Source of the DNA: Octopus vulgaris
Taxonomy: Eukaryota
Assembly (NCBI GenBank): GCA_951406725.2
Contig: OX597814.1
Coordinates: 207,948,001 to 208,012,000, forward strand
Reading direction: 5' to 3'
Length of the DNA stretch: 64,000 bases
Shown here: positions 26,293 through 39,021 of the stretch, one piece after another
Numbering within the stretch: the stretch's first letter is position 1
Layout of the letters: every line of letters starts with the position of its first letter
Translations under genes and position numbers: made by a program
The notes under the pieces: generated by a model
Seen by the model: only the letters and a program-made list of their open reading frames with translations
Told to the model about the DNA's origin: nothing
The model's database searches: none

Positions 26293-26737
26293 GCAATAAC
26301 TCTGAGCACCTTTTCAAACTCCACCTGCCTAACACCCATGGACATGTTTACAAAGTCAGAAAACAGCACAGTTCCCATGACTTTAGGAAACATTTTTTCA
26401 TGCTATGAGTTGCTGAAGCATGGAACAAACTGCTGGCATCAGTTGTTAGTTGTCGGAGCACTGCATCCTTCAAAACTTCCATGCTTTCTGAGATTCGCCA
26501 ACACTACACCTGATTTTCTCCCCTCCATACACACACAAAGCATGTATCTGACTCATACACTGTTCACTTTCCAGACATTTGTACATCACTGCATATACTT
26601 TATATGCACTTTTGACAAGTTGTGGTGCACCTGTGGGTATACTATACAGAACGACAAAACTGCAGTATTCATCTTGAGAATGGACACATTCATGTTGCAT
26701 CCAACCTGTATACAATAATTTCATTATTATTATTATA
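26293..26737 (+). mobile_element. Second copy of the same CR1-group LINE 3' end
   Basis: Reverse complement of about 14000-14365; (TTA)n tail. Confidence 0.85.
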
Positions 26738-26845
26738 TCCACATTAAGTAAGACATACAAAATGCTTTTCTGAACCAATACTACTGTCAGTGCTAATAAC
26801 AAACAAGGATATAAATAAATGTGACAGTTTCAGATTTGGTTATAC

Positions 26846-27111
26846 CTTTAGTGTACGACGAACTTTATCGATATAATATCGCCAGCAGTTCTCTCGGGTG
26901 TCTTCAAGACCTTGTGCTTTTACCTCACTTCGTACAGTGCTAATAATGGTCTCAACTTCATCGTCAGCAAAAAGATCTGCAATCTCTCCTGATGCAAGCA
27001 GGTCATTGATCAAAACAAGGAATTTTTCATCTGCTACTTGGGCATCAGTTAATAAGAAGACTGTCCCAATATTCTTCAAGCCAGCTTTTTGGTACTGAAT
27101 GTTTAAATCCA
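26846..27111 (-). CDS. DNAH9/11/17-like: Dynein HC exon m (AAA4)
   Basis: (M)DLNIQYQKAGLK..FLVLINDLLASGEI..KVRRTLK; 266 nt. Confidence 0.95.
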
Positions 27112-28099
27112 CTGTAAAATTGGAAAGTAGAATATATGTTTTAGTCTTAGTCAAGTTGGAAAGCTATATACTAGTATGCATGTGTGTTTCTGTGTGTGTG
27201 TGTGTGTGTGTGTGTATTTGTTTGTGTAAGAATATAAATATACATACAGATATAGAGAGACAGACAAACATTAATACACATACAAACATGGGCAACCTAT
27301 GGCACTGTACTGGGCAGTGCAGTAAAAGAATATAATAATAATAATAATTAAAAAAATGACGACGACAACGAAGGCAAGGATTATGAAAGCATTCACCAAC
27401 TTAAAACAAAGAGACCATCCAGAAGAGTTGCAGAAGATTCCAATGTCATCTGGATGCTGTGGTTGAAGCCAATGGCGATTTTATTGAATAAATTTACTCT
27501 TTAGTATTTCAAGATATTTTTATATAATTTTGGTAAATATATCTGTTAAAATGAGATGTCAGTGTTATTTACTGTACCCTGTGTGTGTGTGTGTGTGTGT
27601 GTTGTATCTGTGTTTGTTCCTCAATACCACTTAACAACCAGTGTTGGTGTATTTACATCCCTGTAACTTACTGGTTTAGCAAAAGTGATTGATAGAATAA
27701 GTACTAGGTTTACAAACAAAAATAAGTCTTGGGGTTGATTTGTTCAACTAAAACCCTTCTAAGTGGTACTCCAGTATGGCTGCAGTCAACTGACTAAAAC
27801 AAGTAAAAGAATAAACAAAAATGTATATATATAATAATAATAAAAAGCAACAAGAAAAGAACAAGATCTCGATATTAGAGAAATAGAGATTATTTATATA
27901 TATTATAATTTAGATAATAAGAGTAGAAATAAATATTTTAAATAATACTGTTAAACAATATCAATTTCAACTAGAGGTCAGCATACTTAAAAACGTCCGA
28001 GGACCAAGAGTTTTATTTAAACATGTAAAGGGCTGTCATTATAGTACTCAGAGTTTCAAGTACTATACTGACAACCTTTTACTGTTTGTTCTAAATTAT

Positions 28100-28131
<32 letters not shown>

Positions 28132-28136
<5 letters not shown>

Positions 28137-28348
28137 ATAAAATAATATGTTACATTACTCGATAGTCAAGATAAAACTCTGAGTTTCAGATGCCGAAGTG
28201 GGAATCCACAACGCCATCTCTTCGGTTATCTAGCATTTTCAAATAGCCAGATAACCGAAGAGATGGTGTTGTGGATTCCCACTTCGGCATCTGAAACTCA
28301 GAGTTTTATCTTGACTATCGAGTAATGTAACATATTATTTTATAGATA
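28132..28348. repeat. Near-perfect palindrome: 100-bp arms, 17-nt spacer, 1 mismatch
   Basis: 28132-28231 is the reverse complement of 28249-28348; flanked by (TA)n. Confidence 0.95.
28249..28311 (+). ncRNA. Hammerhead-like motif (U4C variant) in a palindrome arm; mirror copy at 28169-28231 on the minus strand
   Basis: AGATAA-CCGAAGA-GATG..CATC-T-GAAA-CTCAGAG-TT-TTATCT; 6-bp stem I, quasi-palindromic helix III, GUU triplet. Confidence 0.55.
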
Positions 28349-28508
28349 AATTTCCACTATTTACATAATATTGAGGTCTCTTTCTTTCTTTTGTTATCTT
28401 ACCGTTTTACCAATATATATATATATTGAGAGAGAGAAAGAGAGACAAGAGAGGGGACAGAGTGAGGAAGAAATTAACAAAAATGTTAAGCGATATACTA
28501 ATTCATAC

Positions 28509-28866
28509 TTTTAAGATCTGGTATGCCGTATCCTCTCCTCAGAACAATCTGGAACACTTCCAAACTGCTTATATAAGCAGCAAGTCTTGACAGGCTTTGC
28601 TTGCCGCTTCCTCCGACACCAATCAAAAGTGCGTTTCCTCGAGGACTTTCCAGGATGCGGTTGATTCGACAGATATGAGTCATAGCGTCTTCAAACAGAA
28701 CCAGATTCATGACAGCGTTGAGTTCGTTGTAACTGTACAATGTTTCTTTTAGTATTGCACTGATACTGTTCCAGTCAGACACTGGTAAGTACTTTGCGTC
28801 ACCTATACCTTGGGTAAAATGGCAATACAGTAAGGGTGTCTTCGTCAGAGCTGATTCATCAATTTC
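28509..28866 (-). CDS. DNAH9/11/17-like: Dynein HC exon l (AAA4 P-loop)
   Basis: [43 protein letters not shown]; 358 nt, ends in phase 1. Confidence 0.95.
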
Positions 28867-29312
28867 CTGTAAGGGATAGGAATTAAAATTATTTATTTTG
28901 TATTTTTCCATTTCTATGTGTGTGTGTGTGTGTATGTGTGTGTGTGTGTGTGTATGTGTGTGTGTGAAATGACAACAATAGTAGTGGTGGTTGTGGTAGT
29001 GGTGGTCATGGCTATGGTGGTGATAATTCTGATGATGATGATAATGATGATTATGATAGTGATTATGATGATTATCATAGTTGATAATCACGATAATGGA
29101 TATGTGTTCCCATTCATGTTTAAAATAACATCTCACATGTGTTAAGGACTCAAATTTAAAGACAGCAAACCTTGTCCTGTACCAGAAACAAAATTCCAAA
29201 GACAAAATAATATCAATTGAATGTTTTATTTGACCAACTAAAGATCTTGTTCAAATAAAGCAAACCAAGAAGTTACAATAATTAACCACTGCAACAACAA
29301 CAGCAACAGCAA

Positions 29313-29690
29313 GTGGAGGCGCAATGGCCCAGTGGTTAGGGCAGCGGACTTGCGGTTGGAGGATTGCAGTTTCGATTCCCAGACCGGGCGTTGAGTGTGT
29401 TTATTGAGCGAAAATACCTAAAGCTCCACGAGGCTCTGGCAGGGGGTGGTGGCGACCCGTGTTGTACTCTTTTGCTCCAACTTTCTCTCACTCTTTCTTC
29501 CTGTTTCTTGTCCCCGACTTCCTACGCAACCGCTGATCCTAGATGCGCATTCATCCATCCGTCAATGTTCTCGGTGTCAGGGTTTGACCTGCTTTCTCTT
29601 CTGCGGGTCTTACGAATAGCAAAGAACCACATTTCGAACTTCTCCCATCTTGCGAGCTCTGGGACAAAGACCGTTCGCTCAACAGCAGCA
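29313..29690 (+). mobile_element. SINE family D, tail type 2
   Basis: Matches 23044-23425. Confidence 0.85.
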
Positions 29691-30108
29691 GCAACAGCAA
29701 CAACAACAACAAACCACTTTGGCTTTCTCTTAACCTTGCAGTAGAAAGCAGTGAGTCATTCGTCTTAAGTGCTCTCCAAAATTGGCCTTCCCTGAAACTT
29801 TAGTATTTTGTTTTCCTAGCACACTAATATAATTGATTTTGTAAAACAATTTCTGGAACTGTTGGCACAGCTGTGTGGTAAGAAGTTTACTTCCCAACAA
29901 CATGGTTCCAGGTTCAGTCCCACTGCATGGCACACTTAACAAGTTACTTCTATTATAGCCCAGGGCCAACCAAAGCTTTGGGAGTGAATTTGGTAGATGG
30001 TTTGTGTGCATGTGCACGTGTGTGTATGTGTGTATGTGTGCTTATGTTTGTCTGTGTTTGTCACCCACCATCACTTGACAATCAGTATTGGTGTGTTTAC
30101 AGAATGAG

Positions 30109-30345
30109 TACCTATTTCTTTACTACCCACAAGGGGCTAAACACAGCGAGGACAAACAAGGACAGACAAATGGATTAAGTCGATTATATCGACCCCAGTG
30201 CGTAACTGGTACTTATTTAATCGACCCCGAAAAGATGAAAGGTAAAGTCGACCTCGGCGGAATTTGAACTCAGAACGTAACAGCAGACGAAATACTGCTA
30301 AGCATTTTGCCTGGTGTGCTAGCGTTACTGCCTGCTCACCGCCTT
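30109..30345 (-). mobile_element. SINE family A nested in a family-B copy (29865-30470)
   Basis: Family-B sequence resumes after the insertion. Confidence 0.8.
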
Positions 30346-30578
30346 TACAGAATCAGTACTAGGCTTTAAAAAATGTAAGTACTGAGGTCAATTCATTCAA
30401 CTAAAAATTCTTCAAGGTGGTACCCCAGTATGGCCACAGTCTAATGACTGAAACAAGTAAAAGATAACAGATTTTTGCTAATATAGACTACAAGTAGTTT
30501 CTTCATTTTCTGGTGTCTAATATCATTAATACAACAATGTATATTAAGGTTATTTCTTTAAAATAGTATTATTAATTA

Positions 30579-31140
30579 CAATTGCAGCGTGGAAGGTGTT
30601 TGTAAGCCATTTAAGAAACACACAAAAGCTGTTCGATTCACTTCAACATTTAAGTTTAATTTGTCAAAATATTTTCGTCGCTATGAAATTTGATATTATT
30701 GTGATGAGTGGTCAGTCTACATTTATCCATCACTACAGGTTTATAGCTTTAAGTTTATAGTGTGTATGTGCGTGCATATACACACACATACATACATATA
30801 TACATACAAACATACATACACACAGGCGTATGTACGTACATACATACATACATACATGCATGCTTACATGCGTGTATACATACATACACACATACATACG
30901 TACATATATATGACGAACTAACTGTTACTTTCTCAGATGCAGCACAGATTTTTGCCAGTGAACAGGTCGCGGATTTTAGCACCGAAAATATTTTGTCAAA
31001 TTAAACTTAAATGTTGAAGTGAATCGAACGGCTTTTGTGTGTTTCTTAAATGGCTTATAAACACCTTCCACGCTGCAATTGTTTTCGTTCCAGCACACGA
31101 TCTCAGATCAAATCACTTGCTATGCGAGTACATCTCTGTA
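30579..31140. repeat. Inverted pair of one repeat family (30579-30683 minus, 30935-31140 plus) around a (CATA)n/(CA)n tract; third copy at 7941-8152
   Basis: Shared aaatgttgaagtgaat..tgtgtgtttcttaaatggcttataaacacc..gctgcaattg. Confidence 0.85.
30951..31000 (+). ncRNA. Hammerhead-like motif, G3:C8 core variant
   Basis: TTTGCCA-GTGAACA-GGTCGC..GCACC-GAAA-ATAT-TT-TGTCAAA. Confidence 0.45.
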
Positions 31141-31161
31141 AAGTATTATTAATTATTTTAC

Positions 31162-31323
31162 CTCAAAACTTTTCTTGATAACATCTTTCTCAAGTTTCAA
31201 GTAGTTTGCTATATCTTTAGCATCAATCAGCTTATCACAGTAAACTCGTTGAGACTCATGAGTCCATAAGCGAATCAAATCCGTTGGAGTTTTGCAACAT
31301 TCCGAAGAGGAGAATAATATCCC
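31162..31323 (-). CDS. DNAH9/11/17-like: Dynein HC exon k
   Basis: [32 protein letters not shown]...KKSFE; 162 nt. Confidence 0.95.
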
Positions 31324-31949
31324 CTGGAAATATAGAAGTTTTAAACAATACTCAATCTTAACATTTTTATTCATGGGTAACATCTGGGGGAAATCAATTA
31401 GGAAAGAGAAATAGGAAAATTAAAATGTAAGCATGTTTTTTTTTCTTAGAACATTAGGAGAATTAGCAAGTATATCACCTAATAACTTATTAAAAAAAAG
31501 GATTTAAGTAGGTAATAATCAAATAACAAGAACACAACCTTCCTGCTTTAAAGTTGTTGTGACATTATAAATATAAGAATGGATGATAAACAAAGGCTTA
31601 AGCACGACATGCCATTAGATTGAAAAATATCAAATTATTAAAAAAATGTATCGGGAAAATTATGTAAGAATTTCCTTTTTATGACTATTTACTCCAGTTT
31701 TAAATAATAATAATAATAATAATAATAATAATTGTGTACAGTGCTCAGGTGCACTACAACTCATCTATTTCAGATATGGCTGTGTGATAAGAAGCTTGCT
31801 TCCCAAGTAAGTGGTTCTGGGTTCAGTCCCACTGCAAGTGTCTTCTACTATAGCCTTGAGCCAACCAAAGCCTTGAGAGTGAACTTAGTAGACAGAAACT
31901 GAAAGCTTGTCGTATGTGTATGTGTGTGTGTATGTATATATACATACAT

Positions 31950-32900
31950 ATCCCAGCTAAAGTCCTGAAGGAATGCCATTACCACCTCACATTCCACCTA
32001 GCCATTTTCTGGAGGAAATCACTAAATACTGGCTATATTCCTGATGGTTTCCATTCACAATCTTTCCAGTTTTCAAAAAGGGCAGCAAGTCCCAGGCAGC
32101 GAATTACAGACCTATCTCCCTTACTTCTCATCTTTTCAAATTATTTGAGAGAGTGGTGCGATCTAGAGTGACTCACTTCCTGGAAAGCAACAACCTGTTT
32201 TGTTCCCAACCAGCATGATTTCCGCAATGGCAGAGACTTCCTTACACAGCTCCTGCATCATTTCGACGATATCCTAAAGGCCTTGGGTGAGGGATCCAAT
32301 GCAGATGTCATACATCTTGACTTCAGCAAGGCCTTTGACAAGGTTGACCACAACATCTTGTTAAAAAGACTCTCCAACATTGGAGTGCAAGGGAAGCTTC
32401 TAAAGTGGTTTAAATCCTTTCTGGTGAACAGAATGCAACATGTGGTGATCAATGGTGTTCAATCAAGCACAGAAAAAGTCATCAGTGGTGTCCCACAAGG
32501 CACCGTGTTAGGCCCACTCCTGTTCCTTATCTACATAAATGACATTATCAGGGTTGTTAAATACATCATCATCATCATCATCATCATCATCGTTTAACGT
32601 CCGCTTTCCATGCTAGCATGGGTTGGACGGTTCAACTGGGGTCTGGCAAGCCCGAAGGCTGCACCAGGCCAGTCAGATCTGGCAGTGTTTCTACAGCTGG
32701 ATGCCCTTCCTAACGCCAACCACTCCGAGAGTGTAGAGTATACAGTAATATAAATATTTTTGCAGATGACTCTAAGCTTCTGAAGGTTGTTGACAGGATT
32801 GGAGACCAGACAAATCTTCAATCGGACCTAGTTGCTGTTATCCAATGGGCACAGAAACATAATATGCAACTGAATGAGAACAAGTTTGAGTTAATCCAAA
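31950..32900 (+). mobile_element. CR1-group LINE reverse transcriptase fragment, interrupted by a family-C SINE (32564-32736)
   Basis: NYRPISLTS, DVIHLDFSKAFDKVDH, SGVPQGTVLGPLLFLIYINDI, then FADDSKL after the SINE. Confidence 0.85.
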
Positions 32901-32984
32901 GGAATAGAAATCAATAAGAAGCATATATAAATCATTACACAGGTCAAGGTGATGCACAGAAAATTTAATAATTAAAATTTTTAC

Positions 32985-33224
32985 CTGGAAGATATTGGAC
33001 AAATCTCTGAGATTGAAAACATAATGGAATTTGATGGCTGTGGGCAAAAAGTTGGAGGAGACTCTTTGGTGGAGAGTGAGTGCAGCTGTAATTATATTTG
33101 GTGCGAATTTCTGTACTTGAGGAGCAAAGTTATTGAAAATCAAATGTTGGCTAAGAATGCTACAATAGATGGTATTTAAAGCATCTTGAGAAGGAAAATT
33201 GATGGCAAATACGCAGAAATGTCT
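32985..33224 (-). CDS. DNAH9/11/17-like: Dynein HC exon j
   Basis: [16 protein letters not shown]...[22 protein letters not shown]; 240 nt. Confidence 0.95.
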
Positions 33225-34606
33225 CTGAAAGAAGAAAAAAAAAATTTTTAAGCTTTAAGCAAAACAATTCAGAAATATAAAATTAATTATAGAATTAATA
33301 AGGGTCGAGTCATTCAAGGGGAGAGTTGTAAGAGATGAAAGAATATTCCAGGAATTGATAATAGTCATGTGCAAGATATATAAATAAATAAATAAACAAA
33401 AAATAACATAATCTTTCAAAGAACTGGGTTTGCAATTTGGTTTTGATTCCTGATTCTATTTTAGTTGACAGAAAACCAACCAAACCATTAATGGGCCACA
33501 CTGTATCTTGTCACTAATTGAAAAGACAATTCCAGAAAACACTTCAGTATTCATTCATTGTGGTACAGTGAAAAAAGAACTCACAGCTTTTCCTAAAATC
33601 AAACATGAAATTGAAGACTTTATAAGTTTCTCCAAATTCCTATGAGTAATAAACTTATAACTGTTTTTCTTTTTATTTATGTTGTTATTGAAAAAAAAAA
33701 ATGTATGCATACAGCAACTCTAATTTCTCCTCAGAATTATCAAAAGTGTAAGCGTCAGACCATTTTAGAGAAAGCAACCAGTATTCATTTGTTGTGGTAC
33801 AGTCAATACCAACGTCTCACTACCATGCAACATCATACTTATGCATATGCTTCATGTAGTCAGAACTTTGTTTGTTGAGAGTAACTCTTTGCTGATAATA
33901 GTAATCTTGCTTTTGTGAATTCTCCACCAGTCTCAAGGATAAGCATTTTGTTGTTTAAACAATTGGATTCCTATTCATGGAATCTTTGAGTTGAGAGACA
34001 GACAGACAGGCAAAAATAAATACGGTAACGAAAGGGTTAAATGTATCTCAACCAGTTTGGCTACCACTCAGAAGAGTTTTAAATTCAATACAGTATGCAA
34101 TAGGAACACTTTATAATTGATGACTGTTACTTTTGCAAACAGTTTTGTGTTCTAATTCTGTAGTTGACAAAGACTTCATAAGAAGGAAAGTTTATCATAA
34201 TAGAAGCACAGAGACAGACTTTCTGTGCTTTAGATAACTGTTAAAATTTTCTCTTTCTTAACCCTTTTGATACCAACCCAGCCAAAACCTCCTCTGGCTC
34301 TGTAGTACAAATGTCTTGTTTTCATAAGTCTACTGGATCAGAGTTAACCTAGCAATAAACAACAACAATAGTAATGCAGTTTTATCACTGGGGTACTGCA
34401 GAGTCTTCTTAGAAGCATTGTGGGTTCCTGGGCAAATCAATGAACTGAGCCCTAAAGTATCTATTTATTGACAACAGCAAGGTAAAGCATAAATAGATCA
34501 GAATTGGCCCTTGACGCATGGGGCACCAGGGAAACTTCCCAGTGTGCCTATGCATTAAGGCAACACTGGGCTACAGATATATATTTCTTTAAATTCAATT
34601 TACAAC

Positions 34607-34815
34607 AAGGGGCTATTCTGGGGGACAAACAAGGACTGACAAAGGGATCAAGTCGATTACATTGACCCCAGTGCGAAAGTGGTACTTTATTTATCGACCC
34701 CGAAAGGATGACAGGCAAAGTCGACCTCGGCGGAATTTGAAATCAGAACATAACGACAGACGAAATACAGCTATGCATTTCGCCCGGCATGCTAACGTTT
34801 CTGCCAGCTCGCCGC
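34607..34815 (-). mobile_element. SINE family A
   Basis: Family consensus match. Confidence 0.75.
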
Positions 34816-34860
34816 TACTGATATATTGCATGATTTAAACGATAAGGTCTCACTACTCAC

Positions 34861-35028
34861 CTGTAAACGGGGATCAATTGTAAAGCTGCCAGCTGTTGGG
34901 TTCATGCAAGCAACATATTGTGTATTGTGTATGTCTTTGACAGTCAATTTCACGCGATCATACCACTGGTTATGATCTAGATGTTGTCTCATCAGAGTAT
35001 GTGGTTGTACTGTGAAATACTGGTCAAC
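34861..35028 (-). CDS. DNAH9/11/17-like: Dynein HC exon i (AAA3)
   Basis: [18 protein letters not shown]...[17 protein letters not shown]; 168 nt. Confidence 0.95.
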
Positions 35029-35177
35029 CTGAAGATTGAGAGGTGCAATGAAGAAAAATAACAGTGAGTTTATAATTGAATCTAAAACAAGCAAAGCACG
35101 GAAAGTTTGTTCTGGCTGTTGAAGAATGAACATAAGATAACATAATGCTGTATTTTCAAATCAACATAATATTTATT

Positions 35178-36620
35178 AAGGAGGGAAAACAATTAGTTTT
35201 AAATCTCTGAGCAAGAAGTAGTAAAAGTACTACAGAGTAAAGTCTATTTGCCAATGTAAAGTGGCAGTCCTGATTAGGACGATGTTACTATCTTTTTTAG
35301 CCCCAGGAAAATATCTTTTCCAGCTGGTTACTGATCAACAACTGTGTCCTTATACCTCAAACAAGGGAGATAATGTCCCTACTCTGCCTTAAATGGTACC
35401 TGCAGACCATGGTTTCTGAGTTATTTCTCTTCGTAAAAGCACCATCCGTTCGTGTCCGTTGCCAGCCTCGCCTGGCCCCCGTGCCGGTGACATGTAAAAG
35501 CACCATCCATTGCGTGGCCGTTTGCCAGCTCTGTCTGGCCCCCGTGTTGGTGGCACGTAAAAGCACCATCCGTTCGTGTCCGTTGCCAGCCTCGCCTGGC
35601 CCCCGTGCTGGTGACACATAAAAGCACCATCCGTTCGTGGCCGTTTGCCAGCTCTGTCTGGCACCTGTGCTGGTGGCACGTAAAAAGCACCCACTACACT
35701 CATGGAGTGGTTGGCGCTAGGAAGGGCATCCAGCCGTAGAAACACTGCCAGATCTGACTGGGCCTGATGAAGCCTTCCAGCTTCACAGACCCCAGTTGAA
35801 CCGTCCAACCTATGCTAGCATGGAAAACGGACGCTAAATGATGATGATGACACAGGATAACTGTTGGCTAGAGATGGTAGCTCTAGACCTTGTTCGAGGT
35901 ATATACTTTTCAAAGTGACACACAGTCACTGATCTTGTAAAGAGGAAAATAATTAGTTTTAAATCTCTGAGTGAGAAGTAAGTAGTAACAGGACAACAGA
36001 GTAAAATCTGTTCGCCAACATAAATTGGCAGTCCTGATTAGGACGATGTCACTATCTTTTTTAGCCCCAGGAAAACATCTTTTCCAGCTGGCTACCAATG
36101 CACAACTGCATCCTTATACCTCAAACAAGGGAGATAATGTCCCTACTCAGCCTTAAATGGTACCTGCAGACCATGGTTTCTGGGTTATTTCTCTTCATTG
36201 ACACAGGATAACTGTTGGCTAGAGATGGCAGCACTAGGCCTTGTTCGAGGTATATACTTTTCAAAGTGACACACAGTCACTGATCTTGTAAAGAGGAAAA
36301 TAATTAGTTTTAAATCTCTGAGTGAGAAGTAAGTAGTAACAGGACAACAGAGTGAAATCTATTTGCCAATGTAAATTGGCAGCCCTGATTAGGACAATGC
36401 TACTAACTTTTTTTTATCCCCAGGAAAACATCTTTTCCAGCTGGCTACCAATGCCAGGTAACCATTTAATGCTGAGTAGGGACATTAACTCGAGGTATAA
36501 GGACACAGTTGTGTATCGGTAGTCAGCTAGAAAAGATGCTTTCCTGGGGCTAAAAAAGGCAGTAACATTGTCCTAATCAGGACTGCCAACTTACATTGAC
36601 AAATAGATTTTACTCTATAA
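35178..36620. repeat. ~351-bp tandem duplication (about 2.5 units) followed by an inverted partial copy
   Basis: Units start at about 35178, 35940 and 36291; 36457-36620 is a reverse-complement copy. Confidence 0.85.
35434..35850 (+). mobile_element. Family C retroposon inserted in the first 351-bp unit
   Basis: ABAB internal modules; absent from unit 2. Confidence 0.8.
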
Positions 36621-37176
36621 TATTTATTACTTTCATTCAACCAGAAAGCTGATAAATACAGCCACAGAAAAGTGCAATTGAGATGAATCAACAATGATGA
36701 ACATACAAAGGGGGTGCTAAAAAGTTTCTGGCTTTAAGGGTATCATGAAAGGTCTGGTTGGAAGCCCAACCTTCTGAGTTCTTTTACAGAGCTTAGGAAA
36801 AACTAGGTGTGTGAATCTGAGAGGGGAATATGTTGAATAAAATCATAATTAACTGATCCTCCTATATTTTCTTTTACCCAAAGCCAGGAACTGTTCAGCA
36901 ACCCCTCAGATGTGTGTGTGTGTGTGTGTGTGTGTTTGTATTGTGTGCATGTATTGTTTGTTTTTCCCAACTGTCTCTGATTGAGTATATGTAAGAAGGA
37001 GAAATAGAAAGATGGTAAGTGTGAATGTGAAAGAATTGTCTTTAGCAATATTGACAACAGGCAAAGTCTCCAACCAAATAGACAATCACTGACAAGTGGT
37101 TATAATCATGGTAGTTTATATCAAGACAGCAAAACGCCTAGAATCTTCAATAGGCTTTTTAGCACATAAATCCAAA

Positions 37177-37255
<79 letters not shown>

Positions 37256-37741
37256 TCAGGTTTTTGGTGTTTGATAGCAATTTCATTAAATGGAATAAAT
37301 GTTGAAAGACGTGTCTATTTGTCTGCATAGAGGATTAGCAATGCCAGTTAATGATGATGTTGATGATGATGATGATGGTGGTGGTGGTCGTCATCATTAT
37401 TATTTAACATCCATTTTCCATACTGGCAGGTTGGATGGCCTGACAGGAGCTGGCAAGGCCAGGTGCTGCATCAGGTTCCATAGTCTATTTTGAATTGATT
37501 TCTACAGCTGAATGCCCTTCCTAATGCCAACCACTTTACAGAGTCTACTGGGTGATTTTTATATGTCACCATCATCCATGCTTTTTATATGGCACCATTC
37601 CACTTATATGTACAGAGATATTGACAGTTTGAAGGGAATGACCAGCTACAAACTCAATATAACTGGACAGATCATTATATGAAATACAGAAAGAATATTT
37701 TTATAAACAAATAAAAAACAAGAAAAATAAAGAAGTCTTAC

Positions 37742-38047
37742 TTCTGGCATATTCATGTCATCTACAAAGTAGATGAGCTTCTTGTTACCAAGGGGACCAT
37801 AGTTTCTTCCTGCTTTTTTTTCAAGTGGTTTTTCCAGAATTCGTTGTAGCATTTCAGATGTTGTGTAAAAGTTGAAGGGCACATTGGCAATCACATATTC
37901 ATCGGGGAGAGATATCAGTTTGTCCTGCATGAGGACCGTCTTGCCACTTCCTGCTGTTCCAACAAGCATCACAGGCCTCTTTGAAGCAATTAGGATGTCC
38001 AGAAAGTACCGGATTCGAGTTGTTTCAGCTGTTGGCACCATAGTTGC
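37742..38047 (-). CDS. DNAH9/11/17-like: Dynein HC exon h (AAA3 Walker A/B)
   Basis: [35 protein letters not shown]; 306 nt. Confidence 0.95.
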
Positions 38048-38653
38048 CTGTAACAAAACATTACAAACTTACTAATTACAATAATTTCCCAAAACAAAGA
38101 AGAACAAAAACAAAACAGATTTCAGATCTAATGAGCTGATAATAAACTTGAAATAAACTATGATGATCTATAGGCCCCAATTTCACCTAATATGGAATAC
38201 GGCATATATATTTGGGATGGTAAACCTTTAAATTCTGATATTGTACATTTAATTTACATTATGTCAGATCAATAAGGATAGTCACTAATTACTAGATTTG
38301 GAAACTAATGAGGGTCTGTATCAACATACATCAAGAGAGATAGGAAATATTGAGTGTAGGGACATTTATATTTAGGCGAAGGGAATATGAAAAGTCTAAA
38401 CAGTTATACCTATGTTTATAGAACTATCTAAAGTTAATAAAGAACATATATTGGGGACAAATAACAACAATAAAAGTATGCTTTTAAAAAATAAGATGAG
38501 AAGTACATCAAGGTTTTGTACTATATCCACTTCTTTCTACTCTATCTCTATTTTATCTTCTATTTATGATAATAATTACCATGAGATATTTGTTTTTCTA
38601 GACCTGTTTCATGCAATTTAAGTTTGTATTGTGATATGGCTCTCTTTTTTTCA

Positions 38654-39021
38654 CATCATCATCATCATTGTTCGACTGTGGTCGAAGCAATGGAATTTAC
38701 CATGCTACGTCAGACTTCACGGTCCATCATGGCATTACGGAGGTCCTGTTGCTGGATGCCTGTATCCCTGGAGATTACATCAGAGTAGGAGAGTGTGCGC
38801 CCTCTGGTATTGCGAGTAGATGGCTTCCAGAGGAGAAGAGTAGAAATTACCTCTTTTTCAGCTCTCCAACAATGTCCAGCAAACTGGACTCTCCTACCTT
38901 TCACAAGAGATGACACAGGTGGTAATTTCCCATATATTTGCATTTTGGTTGGTTGGCACTTCCAAGAGAGATTTTGAGCTCTCATAAGGAGGCGAGTGTA
39001 GGTTCCATCCAACCGCCTCTC
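38654..39021 (-). mobile_element. Second copy of the same RTE-group LINE
   Basis: Same peptide; (GAT)n tail; flanked by ctctcttttttcaca-like direct repeats. Confidence 0.85.
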
